64,000 nt of DNA, taken from positions 1,235 to 65,234 of the forward strand of contig SVIT01000002.1 in assembly GCA_015069365.1 (NCBI GenBank), written 5' to 3'. Shown piece after piece: positions 49,601 to 59,709 of this stretch. Numbering within the stretch: position 1 is the stretch's first letter; each line of letters begins with the position of its first letter. The notes below the pieces were generated by a model. That model was not told where the DNA came from and searched no databases. It saw only the letters and a program-made list of their open reading frames with translations. This DNA is from Clostridiales bacterium (lineage in GTDB: Bacteria; Bacillota; Clostridia; Christensenellales; Borkfalkiaceae). Both the position numbers and the translations under genes were made by a program.

Positions 49601-51917
49601 CGTTAAAATCGGTAGCTTAACGCTTGATGGTTACGGATATTTGGCAAAATATCTCGACAACGACGGTGAGTTGCACGAAGGGATGTACTTAATTACCGAA
49701 GATGGCGCGATTGCAGTGCAAGACGCCGAATGCGGTAAAACGTGGTATTTCGATATCAATGAAAGAGCGTTTACCGTTCGCGCAGAAGAATACGGCGAAT
49801 ATCTCTGGGTGAAGAACCGCGGTTGGCAGCAAGAAACCTATTTTGAACTTAACGGCTACGGCAAACTTTCCGTATACACGAAGACGGAGAACGTAGACGA
49901 CGGAACGGATGAAGTTACCTACACCAAGAATTATATTACGCAAGTCGGTACGTATGACAAGATCGGCGACATGTTCGTGCTTTCTTACAAGGTAAACGAA
50001 GATCAAGACCCGATTACGTTGTACGGTGAACTTGGTGCGTTTGGTTCTTCCAAGGCATTCTTGGAAAAATTGGAAGATGACGATCCCGTTATCGGCGTTT
50101 ACGTAAACGCAGATGATTGGTCGGTGCTTATTCTTGACGAAGTCGGCAATGCAATTAAATACGTTGGTAAAGAAGACAAAACGCTGGATTACGGTCAAAA
50201 GCAGGTAGGTTACTACACGCTGATTACTGAAGATCTCTTGTATTTCGTGAATGCAAGCAACACGGACGCTTGCTTGTACGAATACGATAGTGAACACAAA
50301 ACGGCAACCCAAGTAAAGAGTTTGGACGTATATACGAGATATTTCTCGCAGGATATGGAGCTGTTGACTTTCTATCAGTACGGCTACTTTACCATCACCG
50401 AGCAAGACGGCACGACGGAGCGTTATTTCTATCGTGAAAAATACGAAATGGATAACGGCGTGCAGACGGTTGTAGGATTGACGATGTACGAATCGAATCC
50501 CGATGATAAAGACGCTAGCCCTTACGGCTTCGTTTCGACCGAATTGCCTAACGGCTACGGCGACATGTTCGAATTCCAGGATAAGACTTTCTATAAAAAC
50601 GATAATGAAATCGTGTTTATCAACAGAGACACGACTGACGTATACGAGGCAGACAAACTCACCTATGCCCTTAACGGCCAAGATTTCGGTATGTTGGATT
50701 TCGATATTCCCGAAACTTTGGAATTTGAAGAAACGGGCAGAATCGTTGTCGGCGGAGCTGAAAGCAGTTGCCGTGTTGTGCGCGAGAAGGACGAAAACGA
50801 ACAGTTGATCACCTACGTAGAATTCCAGAACTACCGTATTTACGTGGAATTTGATTATCAAGGTGTTGATAAATCAAACACGACGAAGAGTACGTATAAG
50901 ATCACGGGTATGGAATTCCATCAGCAGTCGTATGCAAGAAACTATTTGGATAACTATGCATACTATGCAGGCTTTGGTTACAAGATCGACAATACGCTCG
51001 GAGAAATCACCATTCACGGTACGTACAATGCTGACGGAAGCGCGGAAAACGTAGTAGTTGACGCGACGTTCTTGGAAAATTCTTCCGTGAAAGATATGAA
51101 CGGTAACTTGATCGTCTTTGAAAATGCAGAATATATCGACCACGGCGTAAACGCAAGCTACGGTCAGCATTACGAAGCGGTATTCACGGCTGAAGACGGA
51201 CAGACGTACAGCTTGCACTTCATCGTTTCGCAGCACACGAGCGTTCGTGCATACGCATTCAACGTTCTCGCGCTCACTCGTCATCAAGACTTTACGGGCT
51301 TGGAAAATGGGTATGCGATTGAGACGGAAAGAGTTATGTACTCCGAATACTCAACCTACGAAAAGGGCGATTTGTTTGATGTCAAGCTTTTGAAAGACGG
51401 CAGTGAGATTGAGGGTGAACTCGTTACACGCCGCAACAATATCATTCAGGTTATCGACGGCAGCGTTATTTTCGTGGCAAGAGAAAAGGATCAGACGGAT
51501 AAATACACGTCGGCTACCTATTATATGGTAGAATTGATTTCCGATCCTTTAATCGAAAATACCGACGGTAGTGTGGAAATTCCTTTCTATACCTCTGGTA
51601 AAGTTGCGGGAACGCAAATGGTAGACAGCATTCTGTATGCAAACAACAACAAGTATTTCGTAGAATTCATCGGTGGCAATCCCACGTTGCTCTGTATGGC
51701 AAACGAAACGTTTGTTGTAAAAACGGCTAAGACGCTCAGCCAAGCAGAAATTGAGGCGTTGGACGCGACCTATTTGCCTACTGACGGCTCGACAATTAAA
51801 GCGGCTTATGAAATCACGTCGCCGACAAGCGTCAATAAGTATATGGTTCAAATCCGTGAAATCGAGGTAGACGGCGTAACGACTACCTACGTATCCGTAG
51901 CGGAAATGTTCCAGTAA
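46638..51917 (+). CDS. 1759-aa surface lipoprotein: N-terminal Listeria-Bacteroides repeats plus ~1400 aa of unrecognised Tyr/Asp/Gly/Thr-rich repeat modules
   Basis: Start moved to ATG 46638, with AAGGAGAG 5 nt upstream. Lipobox LFAVGC|S. It has GWYTTE / GGWFNG / GWGELG type repeats, followed by five recurring (L/F)x(L/F)(D/N)G(Y/K/G)G..A.Y motifs. Confidence 0.8.
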   Translation: MKGQKINVTEKETVLKKSKSKLLASVASGLFGAALIAGSLFAVGCSDDSSDKVKYVFNTMGGASISDVEVDLGAEYTLPIPEQREGFLFEGWYTTETFDGFPVTTVEAQANQTYYAKWTQLSQITLELDGGTLAQTKLYLKAGENLYAFMQDYQPTKEGLTFGGWFNGNNALTATTKMPQDGITLTAKYKVSYTVEVYMQDLENSATYSLSEKYTVTGSDFVGKTVVSEKPEVEGCEENATHADRVVTKTLSATSSENVFKYYFDRRVCNVTFVVRYPDGTSGEEITVTKKYGEYIKDAPDTYTAEGYCLIGWGELGAEVPTYEVYAVDKALQNGDGTQRAPQEFTPTGDIVLYSVWAKGYTDMFSGDDYLFFLDKAEDGELDKTTIYLSRGNQFFKGKYFENMNVFFFYDTEDTTKIILNGKLYDNNKFAYTSTKRSQKTAFMYTMGVGTDESIFLKFDETNGITYVNNGDETKGTQQMNEDGEYVADFTGATEGMLKGQKLTFLLGTFNDKPAFIPLNKEEVDYGTLKRFYFNDEEKKLETYANGFGDITLDGYGNATYNNGSQLAPYYYTREGDVITLTSQYGGLFGKAILTENKGVKGYVLYTQWQDREFQIDGAKLVLDGGIKATYTAADGTTVDGYYKAVESLFEGYVIEVDTNDDQKFTFIIKNIQFNDDGTLKDFDVKKVLNSYAEYRYLADGRVYNAAAIVIDETKEGWLSLYGFNSRLNEFVKVSEGPYRKDSTSEKDPYYYYEVENAASGVEGIISLPGHENKVTPADIQSFVFALDSETTAYSLFYWKSSVMTGNVNKEYVEEYTCECDKADCEASLKLVGGFAYYTTQDGVSVSGAYGTFEDATYIVILTSSIAGNVNYYVDLDQDNKTFIPLEYQPYTAYLYDEFGDFSVEEDAVKLIFDGKGNATYVDQNGNPVPGKVRVTDNKTGNVSISEFKADDNSITFNYIGGLSVGGNSAFLLYNESVNGEYEYKKDNVKIGSLTLDGYGYLAKYLDNDGELHEGMYLITEDGAIAVQDAECGKTWYFDINERAFTVRAEEYGEYLWVKNRGWQQETYFELNGYGKLSVYTKTENVDDGTDEVTYTKNYITQVGTYDKIGDMFVLSYKVNEDQDPITLYGELGAFGSSKAFLEKLEDDDPVIGVYVNADDWSVLILDEVGNAIKYVGKEDKTLDYGQKQVGYYTLITEDLLYFVNASNTDACLYEYDSEHKTATQVKSLDVYTRYFSQDMELLTFYQYGYFTITEQDGTTERYFYREKYEMDNGVQTVVGLTMYESNPDDKDASPYGFVSTELPNGYGDMFEFQDKTFYKNDNEIVFINRDTTDVYEADKLTYALNGQDFGMLDFDIPETLEFEETGRIVVGGAESSCRVVREKDENEQLITYVEFQNYRIYVEFDYQGVDKSNTTKSTYKITGMEFHQQSYARNYLDNYAYYAGFGYKIDNTLGEITIHGTYNADGSAENVVVDATFLENSSVKDMNGNLIVFENAEYIDHGVNASYGQHYEAVFTAEDGQTYSLHFIVSQHTSVRAYAFNVLALTRHQDFTGLENGYAIETERVMYSEYSTYEKGDLFDVKLLKDGSEIEGELVTRRNNIIQVIDGSVIFVAREKDQTDKYTSATYYMVELISDPLIENTDGSVEIPFYTSGKVAGTQMVDSILYANNNKYFVEFIGGNPTLLCMANETFVVKTAKTLSQAEIEALDATYLPTDGSTIKAAYEITSPTSVNKYMVQIREIEVDGVTTTYVSVAEMFQ

Positions 51918-51942
51918 CAATATGAATAATTAACAATCGTTG

Positions 51943-51982
51943 CAAATTCCGTATGGACTCGTAAGGGACCATATGGAATTTG
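51943..51982 (+). other. 14-bp stem hairpin after the 1759-aa gene (weak or no U-tail)
   Basis: CAAATTCCGTATGG (51943-51956) pairs with CCATATGGAATTTG (51969-51982), with one G-U pair. A second small hairpin with a T4 tail is at 52007-52027. I found no promoter before ATG 52042. Confidence 0.5.
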
Positions 51983-52041
51983 TGCGGAAATAAAAACTTT
52001 CAAAAACCGATGGAAAAATCGGATTTTAGAGGTAAGAAGAT

Positions 52042-55000
52042 ATGAAGAAATTCAAAAAACAAATGATCAGGATACTCTCGCTGTGCAGCGCAACCTGTTT
52101 TGTACTGGGTGCGTGTGCGGAGAGTGCGAAAACTGCCCAAAACAACGTGTTAAACGAAGGCGCGGGTACATACACTGAAAAAACAAACGGTTCGATCAAG
52201 ACCAATCAGGAAAATTTCTATGACGAAAACGTGATTTATCAGTTGCCCGACAGCGTTGCTTTGAACACGGATATTTCCGTCATCGTTACGATGAGTACAA
52301 AGTCTTTGGTTAAGACTTATTTAAGCACGGAAAAGGAAGATACGGTTTCCGATTTCATCAAATCGAAAGAGGGTAAAGAAACGTCTAAAGAAATTGAGAC
52401 GGAACGCAAAAACCTGATTAAAAAGTTGAAAAAATCTGGGGTAGATTATACACTTGGCGAGCAGTACGACACCGTATTGAGCGGTTTTGAAATCACCATC
52501 AAAGCGAAAGATTTCGATACCGTAAGCGAGTTGTTTAAAAACGACGCGCAGTTGATCGTCGGCGAAGTATACGAACCTGCGATTACGGAAGTCGTTACCA
52601 ACGAAGTAGACGTTTATGACACGGGTATTTTCACTGGTTTGGACGACTACAAGGGGGACGGCGTTGTCGTTGCGGTACTCGATACCGGTCTTGACTATAC
52701 GCACTCTGCGTTCTTACCTGAAAATTTCCCTGAAATGGGTATTAAAGAGGACGTAGCGTTTGAGCTTGACGATATCAAAGGCATCTTGGCAGACAAGAAG
52801 ATGGTTGCAGAAACGACTACTTCTGGGTTGACTGCAAACGACGTGTACTTGAACAAGAAAGTGCCTTATATGTATGACTACGCGGATAAAGATCCCGATG
52901 TAATGCCTATTAACTCCGAACACGGTACCCACGTTGCAGGTATTATCGCAGGTCAGGACAATACTATTACGGGTGTTGCTCCCAACGCGCAGCTTGCAAT
53001 CATGAAAGTATTCTCCGATACGCAAACGGGCGCAAAGACCTCTTGGATCTTGGCGGCGCTGGAAGACTGCGTAAACCTCGGGGTAGACGTTATCAACATG
53101 TCGCTCGGTTCGGGTTGCGGTTTCGCAAGAGAATCGGACGACGACGTGAGCACGACTTACGATAAGACGATCAACCAAGTATACGATTCCGTTCGTGACG
53201 CAGGTATTTCCTTGATCGCGGCGGCAGGTAATGATTATACGTCTACGATGAACTCTGAAAAGAACGGTAGCTTGTCGTTGACCTCCAACCCTGACTTTGG
53301 TACGGTAGGTTCGCCTTCGACGTATGCGGCGGCTTTGTCCGTTGCATCGGTTGACGGTGTACAGACCCCGTATATCAAATACGGCGACGAAATCATCTAC
53401 TTCAACGAAGCTTCCACTTCGGACGGGAAACCGAGAAACTTTGTAGATGGGTTGCTTAATAATTACGAAGCGCAGACGGGGATTAAGACCGACACCCAAG
53501 AATTCGAATATATCACCATTCCTGGTATTGGTCGTGAATCCGATTATATGTCGGATATTGACTATACTGGCAAAATTGTACTCGTTAAACGCGGAACCAC
53601 GACGTTCGAAGAAAAGGTAAGAATCGCCTTAAAAGTTATGGGCGCAACGGGTATTATTATCTATAACAACGTATCGGGTATGATCTCGATGGCAGTCGGT
53701 GATAACGTAGGTCCCGTATGTTCGATCGCACAGGATGAAGGTGAAATGCTGGCGGCGAACCCCACGGGTACAATCGTGATCAGCCGTAACAACACGGCAG
53801 GGCCTTTCATGTCGGAGTTCTCTGGTTGGGGACCCACGTCCGACCTTCAAATCAAGCCTGAGATCACGGCGCACGGCGGTGAAATTTTGTCTGCAATGCC
53901 TGGTAACGGCTATGAAAGAATGTCTGGTACGTCCATGGCAGCGCCTAACCAAGCGGGTGCAACGGCGTTGATCCGTCAGTACGTAAGATACAGCGGACAA
54001 TTCGGCGATAACTATGAAGAATTGACCACGAGCGAAGCTTGTGAAGTTACGGCAATCGTCAACCAGTTGATGATGTCTACAGCGGATATCTTAAGCAACA
54101 AAAACGGTTTGCCGTATGCAGTTAGAAAGCAGGGCGCAGGCCTTATCAATCTTCGAAAAGCAACCACGACGGAAGCGTATTTGACGACGTTCGATAAGAC
54201 GGGTGCTTTGATGGATAAAGCGAAGATTGAACTTGGTGATGATAAGACGAAATCGGGCGCGTACACGATGGAGTTGGCTATCAACAACATCAGCGCATCG
54301 ACGGTATCCTATAACGTAGATTCGATCATGCTCACGGAAGGCGTTGCAAAGACGTATACCGGTCACGACGAACAAACGGTTACGCAAGAGGGTTACATTT
54401 TGAATTCAACCACGACGGTAAAGGAAGTGGGCGGTGTAGCGGCAACCTCGAACACGGTCACCGTAGGCGCAAAACAAACGGTAAAGATTAAGGTCGAAAT
54501 TGTGCTTTCCGCAGAGGATAAAGCATATTTGGACGAATCGTTTGCAAACGGTATGTACGTAGAAGGCTTTATCAAATTGGAAGCGCAAGGCGACACAAAG
54601 GTAAACTTGAGTGTGCCTGTGCTCGCATTCTACGGCGATTGGACGAAAGCGCCCATCTTCGACGAAGAATACTACGATACGCACAAAGACGAACTCAACG
54701 AAGGTTTGAATCACGAAGATAAAGTAATGGCGGACGCGTACGCAACGAGAGTACTCGGCGGCTTGTACAGCGACTATATCACCACACTCGGTACCTATTA
54801 TTTCAAACAGGATCCGAAAGCGACGCCGATCGCGGCGAATAAAGAGCATATCGCCATTTCCAACCAGTACGACGATACGGATGAAGAAGACAAAGGTAAC
54901 CTTTCAACGGTTAACTCGATCCATTCTATCTATGCAGGTTTGCTTAGAAACTGTAGAGAAGTGAATATTTCCATCGTGGAAGATTCGACTGGTGAAGAAG

Positions 55001-58000
55001 TCTTCTATCGCAGTGAAAAGAAAATGAGAAAATCTGCGTATCGCGGCGGCGGTATCGGCCCGTCTGCAATCGACGTAGAATTCTCTTCAATTGAACACAA
55101 CCTTAAAAACAATACAAAATACACGGTTACGGTTACGGCGTATATTGATTACGGTGACAATGCCGATCAAAAGAACGAACGCAATACCTTTACGTTCCCT
55201 CTTTATATCGATTTCCAGGCACCTGCAGTCACCGACGTAAGATACCGTAGCGAATACGACAGAACGACGAAGAAAACCAAGCTTTTTGCAGATATCGACG
55301 TATACGATAACCATTATGCAATGGCAATGCAGCTCGGTCAAATCATCGAGGCGGACGAGAATTCTGAATATACGTATGAAATGGATACGTTTGGCAAGTA
55401 TTTCACGCCGATCTATTCCTCGTACAATTCTACCTCGACAGTAACGGTTGAATTGACCGATTACGTGGATCGTCTGAAGAAGTCTGTCGGCTCTGCGTAT
55501 GACGAAGAAGGCAAAAATCAAGTTGTATACAACAATAACTCGTTTATTGCGATTTGTTACGACTATGCAATGAACGCAGCTACCTACGAAATTCGTTTGC
55601 CCGATGAAATTCTCACCGCGGCATTCACGGAAGAGGAAATTCAGCTGACGGTAGGCAGAACGAAGGATCTTACCAGCATTATGTCTATATATCCTTCGGA
55701 AAGTTGGGTACAGACGTTGGATTTCGTATCGGAAAATCCTGCGATTGCAAGCGTTGTAAACAACGTTGTCGTTGGTAAAGGCGAAGGCGAAACGGTGATC
55801 AACGCCGTTAAGAAAGACGCAAACAACAACGAGAGAATCGTAGCGAGCATTCCTATCACCGTAGCACCTGGCAGCGGCTTTGGTTCTATGGAAGTAGTCA
55901 ACAAATTTGAACTGACTGGGTACTACACGAACAAAGCGTATTACAGTGTATCGAGCGACGAAAGGGAAATCGGTGAAACGGATTCGACCAACGCGTTCGG
56001 TAAAGACGGCGCTATACTTTCGATGTATCCCTCGGAAAGCGTAACGATCGAATATACCTTGGATTCTTATTATCCTGACGAAACGAAAGTTGTGATGGAA
56101 TCGATGAACGAGGATATTGCGATCATTCGCGAAATGAAAGACGAAGATGGCAACCCGCTCATTGATCCCAAGACAGGGGAAGTCAAACTGGAAATCGTTG
56201 CACAGGCAGAGGGCAGAACGGATATCAGTATTGACGTATATCAGTTTGTCGACGGCGAATGGGAAATGACGATGACGTCGGAATCTGTATCTATCGAGGT
56301 CAAAGATCCTTTCACAGTATCAGGTATGTACCTGATGAGTTATAAAGGGCTTGGCGGCGTAGTTGAAATTCCTTCGGATAGAGGTATCACGGCGATTTAT
56401 CAGTACGCGTTCTCTAATTACGAATACATTCCTAAAGACGAAAACGACGAAATCAACGAAGAAGATCCTTTCTATATCAAGCCCTGGTATATCGGTGAAG
56501 ATACAATTACCAAGGTTATTATCCCTGAAGGTGTTACGGCAATCGAATCGTATGCATTTGCGAACTTGACCGCGCTTGAGGAAGTGGTACTTCCCAAATC
56601 CCTCGTGCGTATCGGTGTGGGCGCATTTACGGGTTGTGTCAAGCTCAAGAAGATCAATCTTGATTATGCGAAATTCATCAACGAAGAAGCGTTTAAGGAT
56701 TGTCCTTTGACGTCGGTGAAATTGGATTCTGCAGTTTCCATCGGTAACTATACGTTCCAAAACACGAAGATTAGTGCGTTGACATTGCCTGTGTCGTCGC
56801 AATCGCTCGGTATCGGCGCGTTTGCAGACAACGCGGAATTGAGAACGCTTAACTTCGCAGCACCGAAGATGAAGATCGGTTCTTATGCGTTCTCAAACTG
56901 CCCGAATCTGAACAACGTAGTTATCAATGCTTCGGTTATTGCATCGTATGCGTTCTACGACTGCGTCAAGCTCGAAAACGTAACGATCGGTAAGGACGTA
57001 GCCGTTATCGGTGAATTCGCCTTCACGGGTACGAACGTATCGCAATTTAAGGTAGAAGACGGCGGTGTGATTTCGGTAGACGAAGAAAACAGCGCAAACC
57101 TTTTGAAAAATAACGAGCTTATTCTCGTTGCTCCTAAGGGCGCGACGATGGATTACGTGATCGGTAATAACGTAACCTCGATTGCAGCGGGTGCATTTGC
57201 TGGTAACACCAAGATTCAAAACGTTACCGCATTGGACGTAGAAGTTGTCGGTGAATATGCATTTGCAGAATGTTTGAACTTGAAATCGGTTAATATGCCC
57301 AAAGTAAAAACGGTAGGCAACTATGCGTTTGCAGGCACGTCGTTGACGGCAATGCCTGATTCGGAAGTGCTTACTGAGATCGGCGATTACGCGTTCGCAG
57401 GGACACTCTTGACAGAGGTTACCATTATGCCTGACGCAAACGTCGGTGCATACGCGTTCGGCGGATTCGTGGTTATGGAAAGCGGTCAAAGAGTAAACCG
57501 CTACACCACGGAAACGTTGGTGAAAGTTACCGTAGGTAACGGCGCGACAATCGGCGAAGGCGCGTTCAACGCTCCCATTTATATGGCGACGTATGAAAAT
57601 ATCGAAAGCTTGTACTACTATAAGCCGTACACCTATTATCTCCAGGATAAAGACGGCAACTATATTAGTGAAGACGGCGAAATCGTAGCAAACAAGGCAG
57701 ATGCAAAACAATACACCTACTATACGTATGATTTCAGCAAAGCAGGCGCGGGCATTGCTCCGTCCATACTGAAAGAAGTATACATCGGTGAAGAAGTTAC
57801 GATTGGAAGAAATTCCTTCTCTGGTAACGCAAAACTGCAAACGCTTGAATTTGGCAATGGTACGACGGTTGGCGATTACGCGTTCATGAACTCTGCGTTC
57901 TATGACGAAAACGTATTGCAAGAAGTTGACCTTTCCGGCGTTGTATCGATCGGGGAATATGCGTTCTCTGGTACGAGCTTGTACGATTATCAAGTAATCG

Positions 58001-59688
58001 AAACGGAATCGAAGACGGAAGAAGCTCCAAAAGAATTTATTGTAAACGCGTATAAATACGTGTACGTTCACGGTGAAGACGGCGAAGAAGGCGAGGAAAG
58101 AATCACTCATTATCAAACGACGAAGTTTGCGCCTATCTTCAAGAAAGCGGATGTTTCGGGTGCGACGTATATCGGTGAAGGTGCGTTTGCATACAACGAA
58201 AAGCTGGAAGAAGTAATCTTCAGCGAGCAGTTGGAAGAAATTCCCGCATATGCGTTTGCGCTTTGCTCCTCGCTTGCAAAAGCGGATTTAACGGCAAGCA
58301 TCAAGACGGTTAACGAATATGCGTTCTATCTCACGGCGTTCAGCGGTGAAAGCGTAGATCTTAAAAACGTAGAAACGATTGGCGAAGCTGCGTTTGCAAG
58401 CAGTAAGATCACCAAGGTAACGTTTAAAGACGGCGCGACAATCGGCGAAAGCGCGTTTAAGGATTGTGAACTTCTTACGGGTGTTGACGTATCAAAGGTA
58501 AAAGAAATCGGTGCGGAAGCGTTCTATGGTACTTCGCTCACGTTTGCGGATTTGACGAGTGCTACGAAGGTTGGTGATTTTGCATTTGGCGAATCCAAGG
58601 TAACGGGCGTCAAACTTGGTTCGAACCTTGAAGATCTGGGCGAAAATCCTTTCTATGCTTGCGCGATTGAAACCTACGGCACAACCGAAGACGTTTACTT
58701 CAACAACGAAAAGTTAGAATCGAAACTTGTTGAAACGTATAACGTAAACGATAAAGTACTCGTTATCAACGGCGTACTGTATCAGAAGGTAAAAGCAGGT
58801 CTTGAACTGATCTCCTATCCTATGAACAAAGTAGGAAAGGCTTATGCAGTAGAAGAAGGCACGACGAGAATCACTGCAAGAGCGTTGGCAGGTTCGATGT
58901 TGGAAGACGTTACGTTCCCCACCACGTTGATGGCGGTTGGTGACAAAGCGTTGTACGATTGTAAGAACTTGTCTGTAGTAGTATTCAAGAGCTACTTTGC
59001 TCCTGTTTTGGAAGAGGACTATGATCAGTCGAGAATTTCCTACGACAACCTTGCAATGACGGGTCAGATCGGGGAATACGTAGGCCTTGGTATCGTGAAG
59101 TATTATATGTGGAATTCTACTTCGCATTATACGAACTTCTACTTCGGTGCAAACTTTGTAGACTTCATCGGTGATATTGACAAACACGTCGTTATGGTAA
59201 AACCTGCGAACGGAAGAAACTATAGCACGTTTATCTTCAGTCAGTATTTCAACACGGTCGTAGAGGGCAGCAATGCGGCGATGGAAGAAACCATTTCGGT
59301 TATTTCCTTGATCAATTCGTTGCCTGAAGAAATCAGCCTGAGCGACGAAGCTGCTATCTTGGCGGCGCGTGCGGCATACGATAAGATTATGACGCTCGAA
59401 CAGAAATCGCTCGTTGGCAACTATAACAAACTTACGAGTGCGGAATCCACGCTTGAATATTTGAAATCTCGTGTGGAAACGCCTGATGACCCTGAAACAC
59501 CTCCGGCTGAAACACCGGACGATCCTGAAACACCTCCCACCGAAGAGCCGAAAGACGGTAATACGGGGTATGTAATCGCAATCGTTGCATTGTCGGTTGC
59601 ACTTGTAGGCGTAGCAGGATATTTCGTGTGCGATAAGTTCATCTTCTCGAAGAAAACTAAGAAAAACAACGAGAAGTCGGAAGAATAA
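52042..59688 (+). CDS. 2548-aa cell-envelope S8 subtilase (PA-domain insert, Fn3-like and Big_2-like modules) fused to a ~1000-aa BspA-type LRR array; N-terminal lipobox and C-terminal TM anchor
   Basis: Lipobox VLGAC|A. Catalytic triad motifs are VAVLDTGLD (Asp codon 52681-52683), HGTHVAGI (His codon 52921-52923) and SGTSMAAPNQAG (Ser codon 53932-53934). A PA-like segment (GKIVLVKRGTTTFEEKV...GIIIYNN) lies between His and Ser. C-terminal end has ETPDDPETPP x2, then GYVIAIVALSVALVGVAGYFV and a K-rich tail. Confidence 0.85.
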   Translation: MKKFKKQMIRILSLCSATCFVLGACAESAKTAQNNVLNEGAGTYTEKTNGSIKTNQENFYDENVIYQLPDSVALNTDISVIVTMSTKSLVKTYLSTEKEDTVSDFIKSKEGKETSKEIETERKNLIKKLKKSGVDYTLGEQYDTVLSGFEITIKAKDFDTVSELFKNDAQLIVGEVYEPAITEVVTNEVDVYDTGIFTGLDDYKGDGVVVAVLDTGLDYTHSAFLPENFPEMGIKEDVAFELDDIKGILADKKMVAETTTSGLTANDVYLNKKVPYMYDYADKDPDVMPINSEHGTHVAGIIAGQDNTITGVAPNAQLAIMKVFSDTQTGAKTSWILAALEDCVNLGVDVINMSLGSGCGFARESDDDVSTTYDKTINQVYDSVRDAGISLIAAAGNDYTSTMNSEKNGSLSLTSNPDFGTVGSPSTYAAALSVASVDGVQTPYIKYGDEIIYFNEASTSDGKPRNFVDGLLNNYEAQTGIKTDTQEFEYITIPGIGRESDYMSDIDYTGKIVLVKRGTTTFEEKVRIALKVMGATGIIIYNNVSGMISMAVGDNVGPVCSIAQDEGEMLAANPTGTIVISRNNTAGPFMSEFSGWGPTSDLQIKPEITAHGGEILSAMPGNGYERMSGTSMAAPNQAGATALIRQYVRYSGQFGDNYEELTTSEACEVTAIVNQLMMSTADILSNKNGLPYAVRKQGAGLINLRKATTTEAYLTTFDKTGALMDKAKIELGDDKTKSGAYTMELAINNISASTVSYNVDSIMLTEGVAKTYTGHDEQTVTQEGYILNSTTTVKEVGGVAATSNTVTVGAKQTVKIKVEIVLSAEDKAYLDESFANGMYVEGFIKLEAQGDTKVNLSVPVLAFYGDWTKAPIFDEEYYDTHKDELNEGLNHEDKVMADAYATRVLGGLYSDYITTLGTYYFKQDPKATPIAANKEHIAISNQYDDTDEEDKGNLSTVNSIHSIYAGLLRNCREVNISIVEDSTGEEVFYRSEKKMRKSAYRGGGIGPSAIDVEFSSIEHNLKNNTKYTVTVTAYIDYGDNADQKNERNTFTFPLYIDFQAPAVTDVRYRSEYDRTTKKTKLFADIDVYDNHYAMAMQLGQIIEADENSEYTYEMDTFGKYFTPIYSSYNSTSTVTVELTDYVDRLKKSVGSAYDEEGKNQVVYNNNSFIAICYDYAMNAATYEIRLPDEILTAAFTEEEIQLTVGRTKDLTSIMSIYPSESWVQTLDFVSENPAIASVVNNVVVGKGEGETVINAVKKDANNNERIVASIPITVAPGSGFGSMEVVNKFELTGYYTNKAYYSVSSDEREIGETDSTNAFGKDGAILSMYPSESVTIEYTLDSYYPDETKVVMESMNEDIAIIREMKDEDGNPLIDPKTGEVKLEIVAQAEGRTDISIDVYQFVDGEWEMTMTSESVSIEVKDPFTVSGMYLMSYKGLGGVVEIPSDRGITAIYQYAFSNYEYIPKDENDEINEEDPFYIKPWYIGEDTITKVIIPEGVTAIESYAFANLTALEEVVLPKSLVRIGVGAFTGCVKLKKINLDYAKFINEEAFKDCPLTSVKLDSAVSIGNYTFQNTKISALTLPVSSQSLGIGAFADNAELRTLNFAAPKMKIGSYAFSNCPNLNNVVINASVIASYAFYDCVKLENVTIGKDVAVIGEFAFTGTNVSQFKVEDGGVISVDEENSANLLKNNELILVAPKGATMDYVIGNNVTSIAAGAFAGNTKIQNVTALDVEVVGEYAFAECLNLKSVNMPKVKTVGNYAFAGTSLTAMPDSEVLTEIGDYAFAGTLLTEVTIMPDANVGAYAFGGFVVMESGQRVNRYTTETLVKVTVGNGATIGEGAFNAPIYMATYENIESLYYYKPYTYYLQDKDGNYISEDGEIVANKADAKQYTYYTYDFSKAGAGIAPSILKEVYIGEEVTIGRNSFSGNAKLQTLEFGNGTTVGDYAFMNSAFYDENVLQEVDLSGVVSIGEYAFSGTSLYDYQVIETESKTEEAPKEFIVNAYKYVYVHGEDGEEGEERITHYQTTKFAPIFKKADVSGATYIGEGAFAYNEKLEEVIFSEQLEEIPAYAFALCSSLAKADLTASIKTVNEYAFYLTAFSGESVDLKNVETIGEAAFASSKITKVTFKDGATIGESAFKDCELLTGVDVSKVKEIGAEAFYGTSLTFADLTSATKVGDFAFGESKVTGVKLGSNLEDLGENPFYACAIETYGTTEDVYFNNEKLESKLVETYNVNDKVLVINGVLYQKVKAGLELISYPMNKVGKAYAVEEGTTRITARALAGSMLEDVTFPTTLMAVGDKALYDCKNLSVVVFKSYFAPVLEEDYDQSRISYDNLAMTGQIGEYVGLGIVKYYMWNSTSHYTNFYFGANFVDFIGDIDKHVVMVKPANGRNYSTFIFSQYFNTVVEGSNAAMEETISVISLINSLPEEISLSDEAAILAARAAYDKIMTLEQKSLVGNYNKLTSAESTLEYLKSRVETPDDPETPPAETPDDPETPPTEEPKDGNTGYVIAIVALSVALVGVAGYFVCDKFIFSKKTKKNNEKSEE
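59476..59541 (+). repeat. Imperfect 33-nt x2 in-frame tandem repeat (ETPDDPETPPA/T) in the stalk before the C-terminal anchor
   Basis: GAAACGCCTGATGACCCTGAAACACCTCCGGCT followed by GAAACACCGGACGATCCTGAAACACCTCCCACC. Confidence 0.85.
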
Positions 59689-59709
59689 CAGTGTAAAAAA
59701 GAGGATTTT

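Noticed and set aside
36633-50861. Minus-strand ORFs 36633..37616, 42305..43471, 46899..48140 and 49689..50861 (209-413 aa).
   Set aside because: They are antisense to MoxR, the vWA gene and the lipoprotein gene, all of which have clear motifs. They are mirror-frame artefacts with no SD and implausible composition.
59476-59541. Tandem 33-nt repeat that could be mistaken for a mini CRISPR or VNTR.
   Set aside because: It has only two in-frame units, which encode a Pro/Glu/Thr stalk (ETPDDPETPP) inside the subtilase gene. There is no spacer-repeat architecture.
26589-59688. Diversity-generating retroelement targeting the LRR genes.
   Set aside because: There is no reverse transcriptase ORF, and no near-identical template/variable repeat pair with adenine-specific differences was seen. 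Similarity between LRR units is at the protein-motif level only.
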